From Fibrobacterales bacterium (GTDB taxonomy: Bacteria > Fibrobacterota > Fibrobacteria > Fibrobacterales > JAOPTW01): a DNA stretch of 64,000 bases. The DNA lies in NCBI GenBank assembly GCA_051532055.1, contig JAOPTX010000003.1:71356-135355 (forward strand), in the 5' to 3' direction. This document shows, one piece after another, positions 57,042 through 64,000 of this stretch. Made by a program: the position numbers and the translations under genes. The notes under the pieces were generated by a model. It was not told where the DNA came from. It saw nothing but the letters and a program-made list of their open reading frames with translations, and ran no database searches. Every line of letters starts with the position of its first letter. Position 1 is the stretch's first letter.

Positions 57042-57454
57042 TCTCTTGTAATTAAAGAATATGGTGAATTTCTATTATACAATTATTATGTAAATATTGC
57101 GAGAATCAGTCAATTTCCTAGAGTTTTTTTAGTTTCGGACAGTGATATCATGCATTTTCTGCACACACAGGTCTACAGAAAATGCATACCTAGAATCCAG
57201 GCCATTGAGGGAGGTTCTTCTTTGAATGTTGTTATGGACTTAATATCAGGGCGCTTTTGAAAATAAGCAACAAGTGCCTCGTTACTAAAAGGTAATGAAT
57301 GATATAAGCGGTGTTCTGGTTCTTTAAATACGGATATTTTTTTTGGTCTTTTTTTAGTTTTGCCGGTTTCCACATTAAATAGACAACACGTAATTGCGGC
57401 ATAAAAGGTTGTACAATATCTGAAGAACTTGTTAATGCATAAATCGATGTGGCA

Positions 57455-57652
57455 TTAATTGTCGTCATTCACTTCTACACAGTCGACAATATATTTTTGT
57501 ACTGCATCTCCATCTACACAAACATAATCCTGACAGCCGTCTTTAAAACTCTCTCCATCTGAATATGTTTTGCCATTAACTTCACATTCACCTAAGAAAA
57601 ATGAGCAAGAAGTAAAAAGTGTTAGTAAAAACATGATAATTATTGTTTTCAT
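57455..57652 (-). CDS. Small lipoprotein with VWC/pacifastin-like Cys motif
   Basis: AAGGA RBS, MKTII...FTSC lipobox; CEVNGKTYSDGESFKDGC...CVDG...C. Confidence 0.7.
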   Translation of the reverse strand: MKTIIIMFLLTLFTSCSFFLGECEVNGKTYSDGESFKDGCQDYVCVDGDAVQKYIVDCVEVNDDN

Positions 57653-57718
57653 AATAGATTCCTTAAATAATAGATAAGTCAAAATTTAATAAAATATCCC
57701 CATCTGATCACCCAGCTC

Positions 57719-57832
57719 TAAAAATAATCGTTGCGTGTTTGCCCTGTTGGTGGGGCGTTGGAATGGGCACGCCTTTGCATGATGTTTATTTGAGAGAAAA
57801 GAAAATATTTTTGTTTAATGAGTAAAGGGATC
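57719..57832. repeat. Partial, degenerate copy (copy 3) of the ~170-bp structured intergenic repeat
   Basis: CTGTTGGTGG..CGTTGGAATGGGCACGCCTT..CATGATGTTTATTTGAGAGAAAAGAAAATATTTTTGTTT matches 63120-63192. Confidence 0.8.
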
Positions 57833-57868
57833 ATTATGAAAATAGAACCCTTACACACAACACATGGT

Positions 57869-59263
57869 CTATTCTAGCGTTTTCAAAAAAGTAATTTCAA
57901 TAAGGTCTGACATGGTACTTCCATTAGGCTCAAAAACACACAATCGATAAGTTTTAAATGCATTTGGCCATTGAGTCATAAAAGTTAATTCTGCAACTTC
58001 AGTATTTGAATCCCAATGTGTATTGAGCTCTATATCTTTTCTGGCATCAACAGTAATCCAATTGCTAGAATCATACGGATCATCAATTGTTGCATCAACG
58101 GTATCAGCTCCTTGCACCACCCAGTTTTTTGGTAATCGTTCACGAAATTGATCAAATCTACCAGTCATAGTGTAATATTCGACTCTTTGTGGTTCATCAA
58201 AACTGTAACTCACATTTGCAGTATGCGGGTATACGATATTATCCGAAACCCAATGAGTCCAATCTTCATAAGGAGATTTTCCATCAAAGAGCTTCCATGC
58301 TTTATATTCTGAACTATAAGTACTATTAGTCTGAACACGTATATCGTCTTTAACAGTTGGTATCATCAGATTGATTCTTTTGTTCTCCATAAAATATAGG
58401 TCGATAATATCCGCCTCAATTGCGCCATTTACTTCCATTATACAAATACGATATGCGTTATAGATTCCTGGATCTTTTACTGTGAACGCAATAGTATCCG
58501 CTAGATTATCTGAATACCACTCAGATCCTATTTCAATATTTTCTCTTGAATCTATGGTTGTCCAATCAGAGTCATCCATAGGATCATCAGTAGTTGCACC
58601 TTCACTATTAGAGCCTTGTACAATCCATTTCTTAGGAAGTCTATCCTTATATTCATCATATCTACCATGAATCCTATATTCTCGTATACTTCTTTCTTCG
58701 TGGAAGTCATACATAATAACCGCAGGAAACACTTGCTTGCTATCAGACACCCAAAGAGTCCAAAGGGAGTCAACTGCATCAAATGCCTGCCACGCCTCAT
58801 AATCACTAGTGAAAACAGAACTTGCTGTAGCATTATTTTTATAATCAATTGTTCTATCAATTGCATCTACTAGATCAGGATTAATATATGCAGGTAGTCC
58901 ATTATCAAGGACATTTTGGTTCGATGATTGATCTACTTGCTGCTCTATGACACTACTAAAAGGACTACTTTCTAAGGAAGAATTATTGGACGTTTCATCT
59001 AAAGATGAAGGAGTTGCATTCGTAGCGGATGATGCTATAGAATTTGAACTCATAGAAGCATTTATACTAGACACCCCAGTATTAACCCCCGAAGAAAATT
59101 GGGTGTTGGGGGTAGAGGAATATACTATTAATGTACTACTCGAAATTGATGTTTGTTGACTACTTGAAAGCGTATCATCTTCAGTGACATTAATCTGACA
59201 TGACATAGAAAGGAAGGTAAGTAAAGGCAAAAAATATTTTATGGCAATTTTCATATCAATCAT
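57869..59263 (-). CDS. Lipoprotein with Ser-rich linker and two discoidin (F5/8 type C)-like domains
   Basis: SMSC lipobox; duplicated YxAWxxFD...WVSD...GRxD..xRLPKxWxVQG...WxTxDxR...YRxC..E.NG. Confidence 0.8.
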   Translation of the reverse strand: MIDMKIAIKYFLPLLTFLSMSCQINVTEDDTLSSSQQTSISSSTLIVYSSTPNTQFSSGVNTGVSSINASMSSNSIASSATNATPSSLDETSNNSSLESSPFSSVIEQQVDQSSNQNVLDNGLPAYINPDLVDAIDRTIDYKNNATASSVFTSDYEAWQAFDAVDSLWTLWVSDSKQVFPAVIMYDFHEERSIREYRIHGRYDEYKDRLPKKWIVQGSNSEGATTDDPMDDSDWTTIDSRENIEIGSEWYSDNLADTIAFTVKDPGIYNAYRICIMEVNGAIEADIIDLYFMENKRINLMIPTVKDDIRVQTNSTYSSEYKAWKLFDGKSPYEDWTHWVSDNIVYPHTANVSYSFDEPQRVEYYTMTGRFDQFRERLPKNWVVQGADTVDATIDDPYDSSNWITVDARKDIELNTHWDSNTEVAELTFMTQWPNAFKTYRLCVFEPNGSTMSDLIEITFLKTLE

Positions 59264-59351
59264 TTTAATATGACTCCTTTGAATTATTAAACCATAAATA
59301 TAGCCCCCCCTAAAGAGCTTTCCCTAAATCATGAGTGGCTGTGTAAAATAC

Positions 59352-59370
59352 TGTTCACCACCAGTGAACA
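59352..59370. promoter_or_regulatory. Palindromic putative operator
   Basis: TGTTCAC-N5-GTGAACA about 90 bp upstream of the 59263 start. Confidence 0.3.
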
Positions 59371-59620
59371 CTCGTTGTTGAGGTTTGGAACAAAACAAAT
59401 TGCTTATGTTTGTGAATTATTATTGATAACCATTAATTTATAACCAAAATAAATGGTTAAATCTTTACCACTCAAGTTTTTAATCCAATGTCTTGTTTTC
59501 ATTGGAATCAAAAGCTCTTCTTCGCCATTATGCGTAAACTCTTTTTCCCAAAACTTATATAGACACTCCCCTTTATCAAGATAAACCAGTTCATCACATT
59601 CAATATGTAACGCCTATTCT

Positions 59621-60068
59621 ATGATGGCATCTGTTTTGAAAGTGCCTTTACGGAAAGAGAAACCCCTTTCTATCCAATCATTTTTTAAAAGTGGATGCCC
59701 ATTCGCCAGGATCGGAATTTTCAGTAAAGAGGAGCAAGTACATCTGAGTGGTACTTCCTATGCCAATATTCTCGTATCATGGTTCTATTTTCACTCAAGA
59801 ATGCCTTCATTTCAACTCATTAATAGACCTAAAGGGCTTTTCTTTAGGAGTAACAAAAAAGTCACCATTTATACCCATTTATCAAAAACATAACCTAGAG
59901 TATAATGAAGTTGAGACCCCAATGCAGTTATTCAATAAAACATTACTTAATAGAGAAGATTTTTTTGAAGCAACATTTCTCACGGGGTATTTACTTGGAG
60001 GTAAAAAGGAAAAAAGTATACAAGATGACTTACGAGCAGTCGTTTGGATTTTAATTATCAAAATATGA
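59621..60068 (+). pseudogene. Frameshifted remnant of a periplasmic substrate-binding (family 3-like) protein
   Basis: Two overlapping same-strand ORFs that join plausibly near 59800-59810 (..LVSWFYF / FNSLIDLKGFSLGV...QLFNKTLLNREDFF); no signal peptide. Confidence 0.45.
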
Positions 60069-60135
60069 ATATCGAAAATTTTGATGCTTCAGATTTTTTT
60101 AAATACCAACGAGATCATACCGGAAAAATTATACC

Positions 60136-60327
60136 CTAATACAAACGGTCGCACGCTTCATTAAAGCATACAACCCCCATCTTCTCCGTAAAGCTCTCTG
60201 ATTTACCTGATTCAATGTTCAACACCACATGCCAGATGTACACACCCTGATCTATAACGGTTCCCGATTTCATTTCAGTCAGTAATACACCGCCCTCATT
60301 ATATACCGGTATATCCTCTGAGGCATC
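60136..60327 (-). pseudogene. C-terminal remnant of a secreted protein, cut at the edge of repeat copy 2
   Basis: GVYIWHVVLNIESGKSESFTEKMGV resembles the C-terminus of 13970-16372 (GVYIWKIKVKFGDGRVERFMAKTGV); coding-like sequence starts at GAT 60327. Confidence 0.65.
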
Positions 60328-60496
60328 GTTTGGCGAATCTACGCAGCGTTTTTGCACTTCAGTGCATAGAAAAAACGTTGTGTGCTTCGGCTGTGTGTGG
60401 ATCGTTGGAATGGGTATGCCTTGGCATGATATCTATTTGGGATAAAAGAAAGTATTTTTGTTTCGTGAGCGCAGTCGGGGAGGGCGGAACGATTTT
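60325..60496. repeat. ~170-bp structured repeat, copy 2 (long attC-like element or structured non-coding element)
   Basis: Colinear, highly similar to 63050-63224 over its whole length. Confidence 0.9.
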
Positions 60497-60598
60497 TTTA
60501 GAATGTTTACCAAGTGACATCACCACAAGAAGCGTTATCAAAAGTATTACTTTCATAGTTCCTTGGACTACAAGTACCTGAAGTTATTTTATTTTTTC

Positions 60599-60631
60599 CA
60601 CCTGTGATGCTGTTCCAATGCTTTGTTATAC
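60599..60631 (-). mobile_element. Truncated attC (R''-L'' half only) after the toxin gene
   Basis: Minus strand GTATAACAAAGCATTGGAACAGCATCAC vs GTATAACAAAACATTGGAGCGGCATCAC at 63880; begins 2 nt after the stop codon. Confidence 0.7.
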
Positions 60632-60633
60632 AT

Positions 60634-60957
60634 TTATCTTCCTAGTGATCTATTTAGAAGTGCATCATCAATATTTCTTCTACTATCAATAACTGCTAAA
60701 ATTACAATTTTCTTATTTTTTACTTTGTACATTATTCGCCACGGTGCAACAACTAATTCTCGATAAGATTTTATGTTCTGTAATTGTAATTCAGGAATAA
60801 CCCTCCCTACTTTGGGGGTATCTACTAATTTCACACAGCGTTCTTGTATTTTAGAAAATTGTTTCTTTGCTGCGTCAATACTATCAGAGCTAATGTAATC
60901 AAGAATAGACTCTAAATCATATTGGGCACTCGGAGACCAAGCTACTGAATACTTCAT
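60634..60957 (-). CDS. Type II toxin, RelE/ParE superfamily
   Basis: VAWSPSAQYDLESILDYI, PKVGRVIPE, YRELVVAPWRIMY, ILAVIDSRR. Confidence 0.9.
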   Translation of the reverse strand: MKYSVAWSPSAQYDLESILDYISSDSIDAAKKQFSKIQERCVKLVDTPKVGRVIPELQLQNIKSYRELVVAPWRIMYKVKNKKIVILAVIDSRRNIDDALLNRSLGR

Positions 60958-61226
60958 TACTTATACTTTGATTTTAGTTTAGCGAAAAACTTGGTCTGAG
61001 TTTCAAAATCTCCATTTTCATATTCTTTTTCACTTTGTGACAAAAGCTTAAGAATTTTTAAACTATCTTGCATATTTTGATAGCTTTCAGGATCTACAAT
61101 AACACCTTTAGCCTCTCCATTCTGGGTGATGAAAATGGGCCTATGTGTCTCATTGATTTGATTCAACACTTCTGAGGCATGTGCTTTTATATATGAAATT
61201 GGTTTTATATCTTGGACTAGATTCAT
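60957..61226 (-). CDS. Type II antitoxin, Phd/YefM family
   Basis: IKPISYIKAHASEVL, PIFITQNGEAKGV; GGAGG RBS; TAATG coupling to the toxin. Confidence 0.9.
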   Translation of the reverse strand: MNLVQDIKPISYIKAHASEVLNQINETHRPIFITQNGEAKGVIVDPESYQNMQDSLKILKLLSQSEKEYENGDFETQTKFFAKLKSKYK

Positions 61227-61293
61227 AATATCCTCCAGTCTAAATATAGTACTTAATATGGTTCGATGTAATCTATTCTTTATATTATCATAA

Positions 61294-61516
61294 TTAAATA
61301 ATTTCAGTTATATATTTGTCTCAAATAGCCACATTCTGGATGATGGGGCGTACACAAAAACATTTTCTTCCCTGCATGCCTATGCAGCTCATGATACTAT
61401 AGTATGGAGTATTTTGGACCATAAAGGCATTGATGGCTTAACCGTTCAAGCTATTGATACTGGAGATGGGTTTGAAAAATTAATTGATAAACTAAAAGTC
61501 CAATACATGCCTAAAC
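61294..61516 (+). pseudogene. Start-less gene fragment in opposite orientation, ending at the attC-like site
   Basis: Frame open 61294-61593 (LNNFSYIFVSNSHILDDGAY...FEKLIDKLKVQYMPK), no early start, runs into the hairpin at 61509. Confidence 0.4.
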
Positions 61517-61582
61517 GTTCCGAAAACGGCAGCAGTGAATTCCATATTTATGGGAATTTATTGATGCCTTTTCGTGTTGGGC
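61509..61582 (-). mobile_element. attC-like recombination site
   Basis: Minus strand GCCCAAC-A-CGAAAAGGCATCAATAAATTCC...GGAATTCACTGCTGCCGTTTTCG-GAAC-GTTTAGG; long imperfect hairpin with a single bulged base, downstream of the RDD gene. Confidence 0.7.
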
Positions 61583-61655
61583 CCAGTAGGTGATTATCGA
61601 TACTTTATCTTTTTAAATTAACAGAAGATGATAATTTGAAATAAATAGACATCTA

Positions 61656-62414
61656 TTATTTATTAATATCTTGTAACAATAATTGTTTTTTATTTACAAC
61701 CAAAGTTCCAGCCATAAAATCATGTATTGCTCTACGATCTTTATTTAATTGCATAACAATTATTTCACTACACATCCAATATGTTTGAAATACTCCAATA
61801 ACTATCATAATCATTGTCCTACTTTGTGCTATTACAATATTTCTCTCTGTAAATGTTAATTCTGAAAATTTATACAAATCAATATCTGTAAATATCAAGT
61901 ATGTTGAAAAAGCAGTTATAAATGCGAGACTCAAATCAATAGAAGTTCGAATCATAGCATTTGAAAACTTAATTGAATTGTTGTCAAGTTTAACAACTTG
62001 TAAACCCATTATCATTTTGCCAATTGATGCACCAAATTTTGTTAATAAATAAATATTTAGACTCAAACACAATAACCAAAAAAACGACTGAAATACAGGG
62101 TATAGTCTTACAACATTATTTAGTATTAAGGGTTGTAGCAGAAAAAACGGAATCATAAAAACAAAACCATCAATTAAAACTGCACAAACTCTTCTTCCTG
62201 TACTGGCCAAATATGTTTTTTTACCTTTAGTATTTTCACCATTCCACAATCTGTATGATAAAATAAAACTCACAATTCCTAGCGGGATAGTAAAATACTT
62301 ATCGACACCTTCAAAAGCTTGATTTGGATTGGCTTGACTTCCCATATCAGTAAATGGCATCATCACATATATAAATCCAAATATAAAAGCAAATACTGCT
62401 AACGTTTTTTTCAT
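61656..62414 (-). CDS. RDD-family membrane protein (cassette gene)
   Basis: LASTGRRVCAVLID, GASIGKMIMGLQVV, RRAIHDFMAGTLVV; ATG at 62414 with GGAG RBS. Confidence 0.88.
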   Translation of the reverse strand: MKKTLAVFAFIFGFIYVMMPFTDMGSQANPNQAFEGVDKYFTIPLGIVSFILSYRLWNGENTKGKKTYLASTGRRVCAVLIDGFVFMIPFFLLQPLILNNVVRLYPVFQSFFWLLCLSLNIYLLTKFGASIGKMIMGLQVVKLDNNSIKFSNAMIRTSIDLSLAFITAFSTYLIFTDIDLYKFSELTFTERNIVIAQSRTMIMIVIGVFQTYWMCSEIIVMQLNKDRRAIHDFMAGTLVVNKKQLLLQDINK

Positions 62415-62564
62415 AAATTCTCCAATAGTTATGCCTATAAACAAGTTACACAAAAAGCCTATATCAAATTAAGATAGTAAATTAGCATTACATATACAGG
62501 GCTTCGATACTCTTTTAAAATTCATCAATTTGTTCAAACAGTTCTCTCTCCTATCGCCTATTGG

Positions 62565-62614
62565 GCCCAACGTTCTCTATTTATAGAAAACATTGCCTGC
62601 TATCGTTGTTGAGC
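62565..62614 (-). mobile_element. Short/degenerate attC-like site
   Basis: Minus strand GCTCAAC (RYYYAAC) ... GAGAAC-GTTGGGC (GTTRRRY); L boxes pair poorly, suggesting an internal deletion. Confidence 0.55.
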
Positions 62615-62697
62615 CCAGTAGGTGATTGTCGATACTGTATCACTTAAAATATTATTACAAAATTTATGTATAACTAGGTTTATGTCAGCCTAAGCAA

Positions 62698-63054
62698 TTA
62701 TTTAGCTGACACCCACCCTCCACTTCTTACCCATCCTGGATTATTAAACAATGGTTCTTCTCCAGAAACAAGTAATAAGATAGCTTTTGTAGCGTCATAG
62801 ATTAATTCAGCATCCTTATCATTAACATGAATTCCTGCGTGGATAAGATTATTTCGTTTAATTCTTAATTCATTTATGAGGTTATATATTTTTTCTGGTA
62901 GTAATTCTAATGAATAGAGAAATTCAATCCTTACAGAAGCTGTATAAACATTAAAATCAGAATATTTTTTCTTTCTTTTTTGATCTTCCGATGCAACTCC
63001 CTCAATAACTTTCAATTTCCATAATTTTTCAAGAACAACTTCAATAAATGACCA
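62698..63054 (-). pseudogene. 5'-truncated HEPN-like domain gene
   Basis: WSFIEVVLEKLW...INELRIKRNNLIHAG (RxxxxH); frame has no proper start and begins at the GTT ending repeat copy 1. Confidence 0.6.
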
Positions 63055-63224
63055 ACGCTTTGGCGGAGTACGCAGTGTTTTTGCACTTCAGTGCGTAGAA
63101 AAAACATTGTGTGCTACGGCTGTTGGTGGATCGTAGGAATGGGCATGCCTTGCCATAATGTCTATTTGGGAGAAAAGAAAATATTTTTGTTTACTGAGCG
63201 TAAGCAGGGATGTTGGAGCGATTT
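63050..63224. repeat. ~170-bp structured repeat, copy 1 (long attC-like element or structured non-coding element)
   Basis: Begins 8 nt after the 63227 stop; minus-strand ends CTCCAAC ... GTTGGTC; internal hairpins. Confidence 0.9.
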
Positions 63225-63226
63225 AT

Positions 63227-63814
63227 TTAGTCTATATTTCTTGTATTATATTGGGCAAATACTTTGTTAGCTATTGGTTGAATTGTCCACAATCCAATTG
63301 GGAAAAACCAAAATAGAAACATACTACCTATAGATTCACCCCTAGAAGCAACTCTTCCCAACTCTATGGATTTCAAAACTCTCCCTGGAAAATAAAGCAT
63401 ATACAGCATCCCAAACATAGCAGTTAAGTGCATTGGTATAATCAAAAATATCATCCATGATACATTTGGAATAATTTCAAATAATGTAGAGGCCATGAAC
63501 ATATAACAAAAAGAAAATGAAGATAAAAATATAAACTTCTTTACTTTCATTTGTTCCAGTCCAGAAACGAAAGATCTCAATCTTACACCGATCGATATAA
63601 ACCATGTTATACCAATTAAAAATGCAAAGGCACTAAACAACCAAAGGTATTTAAAAGATTCGAAAACTTGTTCTGGATTTTCAAAATTTTGTTTTGAATT
63701 TGATGATATAAATTCTTGGACCATCAAAACTTGTACCGCCAATGGAACCAAAAACATCCCAATAAATAACTGCCAATGCTTAGCTTTAAGCAAAATATCA
63801 AATATTTTATTCAT
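63227..63814 (-). CDS. Multi-pass membrane protein, unknown function (cassette gene)
   Basis: LLKAKHWQLF...FLFWFFPIGLWTIQP; AAGGAG RBS directly after attC R'. Confidence 0.8.
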   Translation of the reverse strand: MNKIFDILLKAKHWQLFIGMFLVPLAVQVLMVQEFISSNSKQNFENPEQVFESFKYLWLFSAFAFLIGITWFISIGVRLRSFVSGLEQMKVKKFIFLSSFSFCYMFMASTLFEIIPNVSWMIFLIIPMHLTAMFGMLYMLYFPGRVLKSIELGRVASRGESIGSMFLFWFFPIGLWTIQPIANKVFAQYNTRNID

Positions 63815-63823
63815 TCTTTCTCC

Positions 63824-63880
63824 TTATAACGCCTTAATTGAGCGGATCACTAGTGATGCCGCTCCAATGTTTTGTTATAC
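63824..63880 (-). mobile_element. Canonical-looking 57-bp integron attC site
   Basis: Minus strand GTATAAC-AAAACA-TTGGAGCGGC-ATCACTAGTGAT-CCGCTCAA-TTAAGGC-GTTATAA; extra G in L''; starts directly after an upstream stop and ends directly before the next RBS. Confidence 0.85.
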
Positions 63881-64000
63881 TCAATCCCAATATTCGTATT
63901 CATAACTAAATTTTCTCTGAAAACCTCTTTCAGATCCAATATATTTTTGAAACACCACATCACCTACATCATTATAGTCAAATATATTTTTTGTTTTAGA
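63881..64000 (-). CDS. 3' end of a cassette gene continuing beyond the window
   Basis: Open frame SKTKNIFDYNDVGDVVFQKYIGSERGFQRKFSYEYEYWD* with TGA abutting the attC. Confidence 0.65.
   Translation of the reverse strand, partial: SKTKNIFDYNDVGDVVFQKYIGSERGFQRKFSYEYEYWD

Noticed and set aside
57173..57468. Two short overlapping minus-strand ORFs
   Set aside because: No convincing start or family motif; at most a decayed fragment
60330..60581. ORFs 60359-60556 (-) and 60330-60581 (+) as real genes
   Set aside because: They mostly translate the non-coding repeat; only the first ~20 codons of the minus ORF look like a leftover signal peptide
57719..63880. CRISPR array interpretation of the repeats
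   Set aside because: Repeats are 50-170 bp, separated by whole genes, with no regular spacers or cas genes

Overview
AT-rich bacterial chromosomal window, most likely from a Fibrobacterota-like organism (four FISUMP/Fib_succ_major lipoproteins, a TIGR02147 protein, long Ser-rich linkers); this taxonomy is an inference from family content. Four zones. (1) 1-32 kb: large secreted/lipoprotein surface proteins (tandem-repeat protein, cadherin-FISUMP, CLCA-like vWA metalloprotease with ricin lectins, M6 protease with CBM4/9, discoidin, nuclease). (2) 32.2-45.6 kb: two adjacent minus-strand operons that look like an uncharacterised metabolic/biosynthetic system: aminotransferase - bacterial GRAS protein - Cys-nucleophile alpha/beta hydrolase - two adenylate-forming enzymes - ACP, followed by nucleoside phosphorylase - MtnA - B12 radical SAM - catalytically dead half-MtnA - class II aldolase/SCP2 fusion - aldehyde dehydrogenase. 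(3) 45.8-57 kb: two sensor kinases, an orphan solute-binding protein and a SNF2 helicase. (4) 57-64 kb: a decayed, integrase-less (within this window) gene-cassette array with attC-like hairpins, a toxin-antitoxin pair, three copies of a ~170-bp structured repeat with compensatory base changes, and three junctions where the elements end exactly at G/WT inside truncated genes. No rRNA, tRNA, CRISPR array, transposase or integrase was recognised. All domain calls are by eye from motifs, not from database searches.
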